This document shows positions 48,599 through 58,712 of a DNA stretch of 64,000 nt, in pieces (the first letter of the stretch is position 1; each line of letters opens with the position of its first letter). The stretch spans positions 10,788,001-10,852,000 of the forward strand of contig JBHGNT010000010.1 in assembly GCA_043228905.1 (NCBI GenBank). Direction: 5' to 3'. The notes beneath the pieces are model-generated. The model had not been told where the DNA came from. It searched no databases and saw only the letters and a program-made list of their open reading frames with translations. The translations under genes and the position numbers were made by a program. This DNA comes from Azolla caroliniana (taxonomy: Eukaryota; Plantae; Polypodiophyta).

Positions 48599-49940
48599 TG
48601 TTACCCGGCTGGCAAGAAGGCTTAAGGAGGTCCAACCCAAAGTGTGAAAGGAATAGTTTATTCGGGAACTGTTGTAATTAGTAGTCTTAATATATATTAA
48701 TCTATGAGAAGATGTGGACGGACGGACCGGAATCGGTATGCCGATCCGGATCCGGACCGATCCCAAAAAGGTGCCGGTTGGCACCGTTTTGTACTTCGCA
48801 CCGGAGACCTATATAAAGGCCCGGTTACAATGTAATCGACAGCGGATAATTAATAGAACTTATTGCCTTAATATTTCAGTATTGATTACCGTTCTATACT
48901 CATTGTTATATCTTACGCGTGTTAATGATGTGTGCTAAGTAATTGATTAAGGTCTAATTAAACGTTGTGTCGTAAGTCATCCTGCCGTAACACCCTTTGG
49001 TGAAGTGTCTTAAGTGGACACCCTGTGTTAGGCTGTGGTCCGGCCCCTAGGATTAACACAGTTTTTGGCGACCACGATTCCTGCACAATCGCAGTGAACA
49101 GCGGCGGGAATGGATGACTAGGACAACAGACAACCCGGTTACGGAGAGAGCACAAAGACTTGCTAAACGGCGAAGGCAGCGAGAGGCTTTCCAGCAAGCA
49201 GTGGAAGAAATCCGATCGGATCAATCATTTTCCAAAGTGATCCGAAAAGTGGCGGAGGAGTCGCTCCGTCTGCAACAAAACGACTACCCGGACGAAGGAA
49301 GCAGCTTAAGCAACCTCCGGGAAGCGGAATCTCTTCTCCAGGCCTTGGCCGGAAGAGACGGCGAATCCAAAGCATTTTCAGCGCTGGAATCGGATTCGGA
49401 AGGGGGTTACAGTGCGCACACGAACTATCGTAGCAGTAACGACACCCCAGGAGGACCGGAGGACGAGGAGTAAGATACATTACCGACACCGAAACCAGAG
49501 TTGTCAGACCAGGAATCCCCAGAACTAGACGTGGAGCAACCTCCGGAGACGGAAGAAGACAAAGAAAAACCTCCAACACCGGAAGTGGAGCCGGCAACAC
49601 CAAAGGAAGACCGGCAAAGACCTCTGACGCCAACGGAACAGCAGGAAAGACCACCGACACCGCCAGCCCACATACCGACACCGGACGACGACATGTCATT
49701 CCAGTACTCCAAGTATAGGGATGATCCGAACGCGGAGGCTCATGTTCACGCGTTTCAACAAACATGGGAGGCGAACCATGTGTCACAACGGTTAACCGCG
49801 GCCGAAGAGGAACTATCTAAGATAGCTGAATTCGGCGTGACATTGGAAGGACCGGCCGCCAGATGGCACCGGACGCAGGACCCCACCACCATCACCAACA
49901 CCGGGTCATTTGAAACAGGTAATATGTCGCATTATGAGAA

Positions 49941-50705
49941 CACTACGTCGAAAAAGGGCACAAAAGCACGCAGTTTTCAAAAAGGCACGACGCATGCGTA
50001 AAGCTTTTCAGAAAAGGTGGCAAAATATATTGAATTTCAACATGACTACCACTTTGAGGCATAAGTAAAATGCCTCCAAAAATACATCACCAAAATTACA
50101 AATAATGTACAACATGTCTACCAGTTACAATTATACATATTCGTGAGTTTACATCGAAAACAAATTTACAAAGTTTCCGATCATGTAGTAAAACAATCCC
50201 CAGCTTGAACCAAACCAATATATTAAGACATGTCTGATGGACTAGAAGAGCATTCTGACGTCTCATCCTCATCATCAGTGGCAATCAAAGCATTATCCTC
50301 ATCCAATTCCAACCCAACATCTTTGTGGTTATGAGAATTGCTTCTGGTTATTCCTTGTATTTCGTTTGACACCATGTTTGGGATTTTCTCCTTTATTATC
50401 TTGATAGTTGCTTGTCTTAGATGACCTGATTTTGTCAATGAGAAGTCATATACTAGTATGTCAACACGGTCTAGTGCGAGAGTAGTCGTGCTCGGTATAT
50501 TCTTTCTTCTTCTCTTTCTACTTGAACATCTGACATCCTTAACCATCTCTAAAGAATACTTTCCTATAAATGCATCAGGTGAATTTGTCTGATACCAGTG
50601 GACTACTATTGACTTTGTCTGACTACTTTCTTCATCCCTTACTAATTCAATCATTTTTGCAATCCAAAATGGATGGCCCAAGGTATCGTCCCCTGCTAAG
50701 AATGA
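49941..50705 (-). mobile_element. AT-rich DNA-transposon fragment with a CACTA-like terminus and the C-terminal part of an unknown ORF (50223-~50700)
   Basis: CACTACGTCGAAAAAG at 49941 followed by AAAAGGCAC-like subterminal repeats. ORF GHPFWIAKMI..IVVHWY..RKRRRK..YDFSLTKSGHLR with an acidic tail. Confidence 0.55.
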
Positions 50706-51188
50706 AATGGATGGCAAAGAATGAACCGGTACCGACCGGCATAGGATGTCCGGTACGGAGACAGACAAGAGAATGATGGCCGGTACGGGGATCGGCATGA
50801 TAACTACGACCGGTATGAGCGATCAGACCGTTATCGGGAGTCCAACAGACGACACGAGCAATACGACAGAGACCATTCCCCTGGTTACCGAAGGCACCAG
50901 GAGGACTACGGCCGATTTTACGATCCACCACGACCGGACTACTGAAATAAAAATAAGAATAATAAGAAACGTAATTTCAAGAAAGGTGGTCACCCTAGGG
51001 ACCCGGAACATGGAACCCCAAGGAGCCAACCGGCACAGAACGCACCACTCACTACGGGACCGACTCCGGCTACCAGCAATGCTAAATCCAGCAATAACCG
51101 TAAAGAGTACTGCTACTACTGCAAGCAGGAAGGCCACTACAGTAACCAGTGCCCGGCAAAGAGCTACGATAAACGACCAGCAGTTAAT

Positions 51189-54100
51189 ATGGTGGTTCCG
51201 GAAGTGGCGGATGTACAGCAAGTAACCACACGGTCGAAAGGCATGGCCAAAGAGTGGGAAACACAAGAGGCCATACGAAAACAGGCGACGGAATGGGTGA
51301 AGGAAGCCAATGAAAGGAACGTCGCGGACGCGGAACGGCAAAAGGCGAATACCATAGGGAGTGCCGGCGGTAGCCACGCAGAAAACGAGACATGGCAAGT
51401 ACTGCAAGAATGTCAGATCACGTTGCCATTAGGAAGACTCTTGCAGCTCGTGCCGCGATTTACGGAAGGACTAAAAACGGTCATGACAGACGGTATAGCC
51501 CCACCGGCACCATTCCTCTTCTCGAATCCGGAGGAGGGACCGACGGTGGTGGACACTAGTAGTCCGGTGATTACAGCTATTGTCAAAGGGCACGAACTTC
51601 TCGGCACAGTAATCGATGGAGGTTCCGGGGTGAACGTAATAAGCCTCCGCACGTGTGATGCCTTGGGTATACATGAATGGGAGCCATGTCCGTTCTGGCT
51701 ACGGATGGCGGATACGAGCTCTGTACGGCCGACGGGCTTAATACGGAAATTGGAAGTCACCATAGGAGGTCACACATTTCACATCTCGGCTGTAGTGCTG
51801 CAGCTACAGGCGCAAGGCGCGTACCCACTGTTGCTGGGCAGACCATGGTTGAAAACAGCACACATCAAGCAAAATTGGCGGAAAAATATGATTACCTTCC
51901 GGCGCGGAAAAGCCAAGGTCCGGGTACCGACACAACCACGGACGAGCAACGGTAAGGAATGCACACCGCTGTATGCGGAATGCGTGAACATGCTTGAAGG
52001 GTTGGCAGACGACGAAGAAGCCCAGTACTTGGAGGAACACCCGAAGATCGTACCACTTTTCGAGATTGACGTGGCTGAAGCCGTAGCGCCATACTTGCCG
52101 CAGCGGGACGAAACCGAAGCCGAACCAGACAAAGATTCGATTCGAGAATTACGGCAAGCACAGGAAGCGTTGGAACGGGAAATGGCCGTTTCCCAACGGG
52201 TAAAAACATCCCAGCTCGACGAAGTGAACCTAGGAAGCAAGGACGAATCAAAGCCGGTACACATCGCCAAAGAAATGAAGCCGGAAGATAAAGCGGCGAT
52301 GATCAAACTTCTCACGGAGTTTCGCGACGTATTCGCCTGGTCATACGAAGACATGCGAGGGCTGGACCCTCAATTATATCAACATCAGATCCACTTAGGC
52401 AAGGACGCGAAACCAGTGGCGCAAAGACGTTACCGAATGAACCCCAACTACGCCGCCAAAGTGAAGGAGGAAATCGACAAACTCCTAAGAGTGGGCTTCA
52501 TCCGGCCGGTAAAGAAAGCGACGTGGCTGAGCCCCATCGTCGTCGTCCCAAAGAAGAACGGTAAAATCCGCGTGTGTGTAGATTACAGGAAACTAAATGC
52601 AGCCACAGTTACGGATGCATTCCCTCTTCCGTTCACGGATGGAGTACTGGATGCCGTCGCCGGCCATGAAGTTTATAGCTTTTTAGACGGGTTCAGCGGA
52701 TACAATCAAATCCGGATGCATCCTGACGACCAGGAGAAGACAGCGTTCGTCACCGAATGGGGGGTGTTTGTGGCCAAAGTAATGATGTTCGGACTAAAAA
52801 CGGCACCAGCAACTTTCCAGCGAATCATCATGGAGATCTTCGGCGAATACATTCCAGCCTTCATGCAGGTTTTCCTGGATGACTTTGCAGTCTATAGCCG
52901 GGAAAAAGACCATTTGCAGCACCTACGGTTATGCCTTGAAAAGTGTAGGTTATACCGGCTAAGCTTAAACCCAGCAAAATGCATCTTTGGGGTTTCAAGT
53001 GGAATCTTACTGGGACACATTGTAAGTAAGGAGGGCATTGCGGTCGACCCGGACAAAGTAAACGCGATACTAGGGGCACCGGCGCCGAAAACGGCCAAAG
53101 CACTAAGCCGATTCTTAGGACAGATCCGGTGGCACAGCCGGATGCTCCGTCACTTGGCTGACTTGGCTACACCATTACACACCGCGGTACATCGGACACC
53201 GTTCCAATGGACGGATACGGAGGATAAGGCATACAATGCCCTGAAGGTACTTTTGTCGCAAGCACCCGTCGTGCAGCCTCCGGATTGGAGCAAGGAATTT
53301 CATGTGTTCGTGGACGCTTCCGACATCGCTATCGGCAGTGCCTTAATGCAACTTACGGAGCCTAAATGGTACCGGCCGGTATATTACGCCAGCCGGAAGC
53401 TGTCCCAAGCGGAGAAGAACTATTCGACGACGGAACGGGAGGCCCTGGGCATGATCTACAGCATAACAAAGTTTCGTCATTACCTATTGGGAAGGAAGTT
53501 CTCCTTTCATGTGGATCACTCGGCGCTCCTGTACTTAGTGTCCAAGGCGTCCCTGACCGGTAAATTGGCCCGTTGGACCTTGCTGTTGCAGGAGTTTGAA
53601 TTCGAGATCTTCCACCGGCCCGGTATCCAGCATGCCGTAGCAGACTACCTAAGCCGGTTAGAATCCGGAGAATCAGGCGACGGAGTATCGGATGAATTCC
53701 CGGACGCAGAGTTATTCCGTATCACCCCGGAAACGGCAGCGGACGACACGGTCGCATCAGAAGATAGGTGGCTGACAAACATGCACCAGTTCCTAAGCAC
53801 GGGCCTGCCACCGGAGGAAATGAACCGGGACGAGAGGAAACGACTGGCGGTGCAGAGCCGCAATTTCTGTCTGTTACGGGACACTCTCTACCACAAGGGA
53901 GTAGATGGAATATGGAGACGGGCAGTCCGTAGTGAGGAGAAACAAGTAATCTTACGGGAAGCACACTGTGGGGTTGCCGGAGGACACTATGCCGGGGAAG
54001 CGACGGCAAGGAAAGTATGGCAGAGCGGCTTATGGTGGCCCACGACGTTAAAAGACGCCGTCAAGTATGCTAAGGAATGTGACCTATGCCAACGAATGGG

Positions 54101-55190
54101 CCAGCCTACGGAGCAAGCACGGATGCCACACCAACCGGTACTTCCACTAGAGCCATTCCAGAAGTGGGGGTTGGATTTTGTCGGACCGTTCAAGCCACCG
54201 GCAATGAGAACGGGTAATCGTTATGTCATCGTGGCAACAGATTATTGCACTAAATGGGTGGAGGCTAAGCCCTTGAGAGACAACACCGCGTCATCCACAG
54301 CAAAATTCCTGTACGAAAACATTTGGTGCCGATATGGATGTCCGATTGAATTAATCAGCGACCAAGGAGGGCACTTCCTCGGCCAGGTAGTGGAAAGCTT
54401 AACAACGTTCTATGCCGTGGTCCATAAACGGAGCACACCGTACTACCCACAGGCCAACGGGTTAGCAGAGTCAACCAACAAAACGCTCCAGAACATTCTC
54501 CGCAAAATCGTCAATGAAAACCGGACGGACTGGGATACAAAGCTCCATAGCGCGCTATGGGCGTACCGAACGGCATACAAAACAAGTATCCGGACAACGC
54601 CGTTCCGGTTAGCATTCGGCTTAGAAGCGGTCATGCCGGTGGAATTTCAGGTACCAAGCTTACGGATCCAACTACGGGAACGGCTGAATGAAAAGGAGTC
54701 GGAGGAAATGCGGCTAGCAGCACTATGCGAACTGGAGGAGCAACGGCTGGCCAGCATCCTACACATGGAACTAGAGCAACGACGACGGAAAGCGTTCGTT
54801 GACCGTCACCGGAAAGGTAATGAAAAGATGTTCGAAATCGGAAAGCCGGTGCTAGTATTCCAAACAAGGATGGGCAAGATGCCGGGTAAACTCCGGTTTA
54901 GATGGACAGGCCCGTATTGGCTGACACGGGAATACAACGGGTCCTATCAGTTAGGGACACTTGCCGGTGAAGTACTAGGCAAGTGGGTCAACGGATTTAG
55001 ACTAAAGCCCTATAAAGGACCGATGCCAAGTAACCCGTTTATGCAGCCCACCGGCACTATACCGGGAACCTGTCCGGGAACGGTACGGATGGAAGAAATA
55101 GACGACGGGGAACCCGTAGCAGAGGCGAAGGAAGACACGGCAACCCGTAAGGAAAACGGTAAGGGTCCGAAGGGACCTACGGATGTGTAA
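51189..55190 (+). CDS. Gypsy-C pol (protease, RT, RNase H, integrase), in frame with the upstream gag CCHC remnant
   Basis: VIDGGSGVN; CVDYRKLN..FPLP..LDGFSGYNQI..FLDDF; FVDASD..EREAL..VDH; H..GGH..CDLC; WGLDFVGPF..ISDQG..NGLAE; WTGPY. No chromodomain and no additional RNase H seen. Confidence 0.95.
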   Translation: MVVPEVADVQQVTTRSKGMAKEWETQEAIRKQATEWVKEANERNVADAERQKANTIGSAGGSHAENETWQVLQECQITLPLGRLLQLVPRFTEGLKTVMTDGIAPPAPFLFSNPEEGPTVVDTSSPVITAIVKGHELLGTVIDGGSGVNVISLRTCDALGIHEWEPCPFWLRMADTSSVRPTGLIRKLEVTIGGHTFHISAVVLQLQAQGAYPLLLGRPWLKTAHIKQNWRKNMITFRRGKAKVRVPTQPRTSNGKECTPLYAECVNMLEGLADDEEAQYLEEHPKIVPLFEIDVAEAVAPYLPQRDETEAEPDKDSIRELRQAQEALEREMAVSQRVKTSQLDEVNLGSKDESKPVHIAKEMKPEDKAAMIKLLTEFRDVFAWSYEDMRGLDPQLYQHQIHLGKDAKPVAQRRYRMNPNYAAKVKEEIDKLLRVGFIRPVKKATWLSPIVVVPKKNGKIRVCVDYRKLNAATVTDAFPLPFTDGVLDAVAGHEVYSFLDGFSGYNQIRMHPDDQEKTAFVTEWGVFVAKVMMFGLKTAPATFQRIIMEIFGEYIPAFMQVFLDDFAVYSREKDHLQHLRLCLEKCRLYRLSLNPAKCIFGVSSGILLGHIVSKEGIAVDPDKVNAILGAPAPKTAKALSRFLGQIRWHSRMLRHLADLATPLHTAVHRTPFQWTDTEDKAYNALKVLLSQAPVVQPPDWSKEFHVFVDASDIAIGSALMQLTEPKWYRPVYYASRKLSQAEKNYSTTEREALGMIYSITKFRHYLLGRKFSFHVDHSALLYLVSKASLTGKLARWTLLLQEFEFEIFHRPGIQHAVADYLSRLESGESGDGVSDEFPDAELFRITPETAADDTVASEDRWLTNMHQFLSTGLPPEEMNRDERKRLAVQSRNFCLLRDTLYHKGVDGIWRRAVRSEEKQVILREAHCGVAGGHYAGEATARKVWQSGLWWPTTLKDAVKYAKECDLCQRMGQPTEQARMPHQPVLPLEPFQKWGLDFVGPFKPPAMRTGNRYVIVATDYCTKWVEAKPLRDNTASSTAKFLYENIWCRYGCPIELISDQGGHFLGQVVESLTTFYAVVHKRSTPYYPQANGLAESTNKTLQNILRKIVNENRTDWDTKLHSALWAYRTAYKTSIRTTPFRLAFGLEAVMPVEFQVPSLRIQLRERLNEKESEEMRLAALCELEEQRLASILHMELEQRRRKAFVDRHRKGNEKMFEIGKPVLVFQTRMGKMPGKLRFRWTGPYWLTREYNGSYQLGTLAGEVLGKWVNGFRLKPYKGPMPSNPFMQPTGTIPGTCPGTVRMEEIDDGEPVAEAKEDTATRKENGKGPKGPTDV

Positions 55191-55571
55191 GATCACATAC
55201 CGTCATTAAAAAAGAAAAAAAAAAAAGAAAAAAAAAAAAAGAAATCATTAAAAATCGAGGTATGAACGGACGTGAAAGCAAGGAGCGAAAAGGTACGTAG
55301 TGGGCATTTAAGAGCCGCCACATTACTTAATACTAAATTGGTACACGACGTGCGCATGCTCGAAAAAGGCGCCAAGACGCACAGAGAAAAAGAAGAACGC
55401 ATGGAGACCTTTTTTTTTCGCGAGCCAAGAAGCACAGAAGCACCAAGGCAGTGGAAGCTTAGCAAACGCGAACCTGCACTCAAAGAACCCCCATGTTCGG
55501 AACGCTCTTTCTCTCGCTCTCACTCTCATCACCACTCCACCTCGCCATCTTTCCTCGACCTCGAAGCAGAC

Positions 55572-58241
55572 ATGGACCCACAAACGCTGTCGGAAGCGGC
55601 CAGGAAATGGTTCAGACAACACGGACTGGAGGGGTTCTTGACCATCATGGAGGCACCACCGCACAAAGAAGCCGACCGGGTCATCAAGGAGCTCGACACG
55701 GAAGTCATCACCGAGGAAGCGATCCGTGCGCTAACAGGCCTTCCGGAGGGAGGTATTTTTCAGATTGATAACCCAACCTCGGAGCAACTCATCCGATATT
55801 TCGGTGAGTACTCTATAGCCGGCAAAGGCTATCGAACGCAGGGCGGCGAAGATCCGCTATTCAGGGAAATAGCTCGAGTGCTCCATGAGTACGGCCACGT
55901 GTACCCCCGACCCCCTGTCATGCCAAAAAATCGGGCAGGGATGATCATAGCCACCTATGAAGGGACCAAGGTGGATTGGCCGGTGTTGATTGCAGACGGT
56001 TTGTGCGCGGCAATCGACATGGTACGAGGAAAGGATGGCAAGGAGGGCCGGAAGCTGTGGCATGCCGTAGCTCAGTGGATAACATTGCTCGTGCCGCCGG
56101 TCGAGACCGTCCAGCCAAAGAAGCGGCCAAGATTATCGGAAGGAAGCACCTCGAAACCCGCGTCCAAACGACAACAGCTGCTGGCGTCGAAGGCGACGAA
56201 AGGGAAGAAACGGCTCCCAGAACCGGAGGAGGTGTCACCGGTGGGACCCGTTAAGATAACCATACGGCGACCGGGTCAGAAGGAACCAGAACCCTTGACG
56301 GCACAGAAACATGCCGTTACCCAGGAAGAGGAAACGGAGGAGCCAGAAGAGCACCTCCAACGACTGTCAAGAAGTGGGACCGCCGGGACAGCGGGGGAGC
56401 GTTCGGACCCGCAAAAGGAAGAAACGCCCCCAACTCAACCTGAGCAAACCGCAAGGGAAGAACCGGAACTGGTGCGTGAAGAACCGGCCTTGTCGACTTC
56501 TATACCAGAAGTCATTCCAACGGCTCCGGAGACGGCGAGAACCGGAACTCAACAGCCGGCGAGCCCAGCCAGCACACACGGCGGCCAAGGAGTAGAACCA
56601 GAACGGCAGATACAGGCACTCTGGCCAGACAATTCCACAGTGAACGAGCCGACCCAACTAGTTCAGCAGCAAGGCACCAGTAGCATGTGGCTACGGTGGG
56701 TAGGCGAGCAGATCGCCGGAGTGGTCGAGTACATAGAGGCGGAGGAGAGAGCGCACCACGAACGGTTGCTCGTCACAACCGTAGATCTAGAGACGGCCCG
56801 GTCCAGAATCCGGAGCCTTGAACAAGACTTGGACAGGGTCACAAGGGAAATGGCTCAATTGGCTTTGACAACACAAGTCCAAGCACCGGTGACTCCGGGC
56901 AATGTACAGAATAAAGCGTCAGATCAACCTGTACATAGCAATCAGACCCCGGCAACGGAAACCGTTCCGGAGAGAAATGCGGCACAAGCCCAAGAGCTTG
57001 CGGATTTAAAGGATGAGCTAGCTGCCCAAGAAGCGCTGAGGAGCCGCGAAAGAGAGTTGAAGACGGCAGCGGAGGCAGAACTCAAAAAGACTGCTGAGAA
57101 TCTACGCCGGGCCGAGGAGAGCTTACGAAAAGGCCACCAAGCGTACGACCGGCTCAAGGAGGAAAAGGAGAAAATGCTGCAAGAGAAGGATAGGCTCCGG
57201 AGAAACGCCGAAACAGAAGTAGAGCGCCTGAAAGAGGAACTCCGGCAGCTAAAGGACCGGGAGGACCGGAACCATCGCCAGATCAACGGCAAGCTCAAAC
57301 AAAAAACAGAGGAATTTGAGAACTTGCACCGGGAGTATAAACGGTTGCAAACGGAGCACAAGGAACGGACGGATGAGCTCCGGCAAGCAGTTGATCGGAC
57401 CGCAACGGCATACGCTAAGGAACAAGCGGAAACCAGAAGACGGTTGGAAGAGGCGGAGAAGGTTCGGACAGAGCTCCTTAGGCAACAGCAGGCGGAAAAA
57501 GAAAGAGCGGCGGAGGTACTGCAGAGGCTGCAAACAACATATCAAGGGCAGCTGACGCGCTACAGAGAGCAGGCAGAGGATACGGCTAATCTCATCAAGC
57601 AGTTGAAGGAGGAACGACAAGTGGTAGAAAGTAGAGCGCAAATGGGAGCAAGTCGCATCCAGGATATCATGCGGGCCTGGTTGAACCAGACCAAGAGCTT
57701 GATTGACAACGGTTCCGTCAAATGGTGGACCAAGTGGGCCACGAACGCGGCGGAACTCCAATTGCTCTGGGCCGACGTAGAGAACCGGAGGAAGGAGGGA
57801 GATGATTGCTATATGCTGACTTCCGAAGACTTCACCGGCATAAGAGATGAGCTGGCCGAAGACTTTCAAGCCTTGGCAGAGGACCAACTAGGGCAGGTCC
57901 GGCAACTTGTAGCTCAGCTGGACAACAACAGGCTGGAGGCGCAGATCCAGTTTGAAAGCTACGAGAGGTCCCGGATCCGGGAAGAGAAAGCACGAGAACC
58001 GGTTACGGTCAACCTCAGTGATGAGGAACCGTTACTGGAAGGAGACCGGACCGGAAGCAGTCAAACGGAGATGCCGGAGTCAGAGAAACAAACGGAGCAG
58101 CCGCCTATAGAGCAGCCGGAGCAGCCTCAGTTCCAACCGCAACCACAGCAGCAGCAGCAAGCACAGCCGCAACAACCACAACCGGAAGAACAAGTGGAAA
58201 CTCTGGAACAAAGTATTTTGGACAATTTGGGTGAACAATGA
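55572..58241 (+). CDS. Gypsy-C extra ORF (889 aa): conserved N-terminal domain, NLS-like basic patch, P/E/T-rich linker, long coiled coil, Q-rich tail; function unknown
   Basis: Open for 2.67 kb between pol and the 3' LTR. Homologous starts at 48227 (MEPMALSEIAKKWF) and 63814 (MDCQTLSEATKKWL) fix the ATG. Confidence 0.85.
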   Translation: MDPQTLSEAARKWFRQHGLEGFLTIMEAPPHKEADRVIKELDTEVITEEAIRALTGLPEGGIFQIDNPTSEQLIRYFGEYSIAGKGYRTQGGEDPLFREIARVLHEYGHVYPRPPVMPKNRAGMIIATYEGTKVDWPVLIADGLCAAIDMVRGKDGKEGRKLWHAVAQWITLLVPPVETVQPKKRPRLSEGSTSKPASKRQQLLASKATKGKKRLPEPEEVSPVGPVKITIRRPGQKEPEPLTAQKHAVTQEEETEEPEEHLQRLSRSGTAGTAGERSDPQKEETPPTQPEQTAREEPELVREEPALSTSIPEVIPTAPETARTGTQQPASPASTHGGQGVEPERQIQALWPDNSTVNEPTQLVQQQGTSSMWLRWVGEQIAGVVEYIEAEERAHHERLLVTTVDLETARSRIRSLEQDLDRVTREMAQLALTTQVQAPVTPGNVQNKASDQPVHSNQTPATETVPERNAAQAQELADLKDELAAQEALRSRERELKTAAEAELKKTAENLRRAEESLRKGHQAYDRLKEEKEKMLQEKDRLRRNAETEVERLKEELRQLKDREDRNHRQINGKLKQKTEEFENLHREYKRLQTEHKERTDELRQAVDRTATAYAKEQAETRRRLEEAEKVRTELLRQQQAEKERAAEVLQRLQTTYQGQLTRYREQAEDTANLIKQLKEERQVVESRAQMGASRIQDIMRAWLNQTKSLIDNGSVKWWTKWATNAAELQLLWADVENRRKEGDDCYMLTSEDFTGIRDELAEDFQALAEDQLGQVRQLVAQLDNNRLEAQIQFESYERSRIREEKAREPVTVNLSDEEPLLEGDRTGSSQTEMPESEKQTEQPPIEQPEQPQFQPQPQQQQQAQPQQPQPEEQVETLEQSILDNLGEQ

Positions 58242-58293
58242 AGGGGCCGAGAAGGGTTCGACGTACAAGGTACTGTCCCACGGGCGTGCCATG

Positions 58294-58712
58294 TGTTACC
58301 GGCCGGCAAGGAGTCCAAAATACGGAGTGAAGGAATTAATTAAGTATGGTTGTAAATAAGCATAGTGTGGACGGACGGACTGGAAACGGTATGCCGTTCC
58401 AGATCCGGACGGATCCCGAATAGGTGCGATAAGCACCGTTTTGTACTACGGGCCGGAAACCTATTTAAAGGCCCGGACCCCATTGTAATCGCAGTGGATA
58501 ATTAATAGAGCATATGGTGTTTATACTTCTGTGTTGATTTCCGTTCTGTACTTACTGTTATATCTTACGCGTGTAATTAACAAAAGCGCTCTAATCGTGT
58601 AACCTACTTAAGTCGGTGTAATCGTTGAGTCATAATCCTATACCGTAATCACCCTTTGGTGAAGTGTCTCCGTGACACCTTGTGTTAGGCCTTGTCCGGT
58701 CAGAGAATAACA
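58294..58712 (+). repeat. Gypsy-C 3' LTR
   Basis: Shares blocks such as GTGGACGGACGGAC, CTTACGCGTGT and CACCCTTTGGTGAAGTGT with 48599-49058 and 41444-41938. Confidence 0.9.

Larger units (their letters stand above)
50710..58712 (+). mobile_element. Gypsy-C: 5'-truncated element with intact pol, intact extra ORF and 3' LTR 58294-58712
   Basis: Begins in mid-gag. LTR TGTTAC..TAACA is homologous but not identical to the Gypsy-A and Gypsy-B LTRs. Confidence 0.92.

Noticed and set aside
50700-50798. N-terminus of ORF 50223-50798 as a genuine start
   Set aside because: The first ~30 codons are antisense Gypsy-C gag sequence fused at a deletion junction.
55272-55571. N-terminal 100 aa of the 989-aa ORF call
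   Set aside because: It starts at GTG and is not conserved as coding in Gypsy-A or Gypsy-B; homology begins at the ATG at 55572.
55572-58241. Calling the extra ORF a retroviral env
   Set aside because: No signal peptide or hydrophobic transmembrane segment is visible; the protein is highly charged.
48599-58712. Pairing LTR 48599-49058 with LTR 58294-58712 as one complete Gypsy
   Set aside because: The LTRs are clearly divergent, the flanks differ (GTTTC vs TCTAC), and Gypsy-B gag resumes at 58783, so they belong to different elements.
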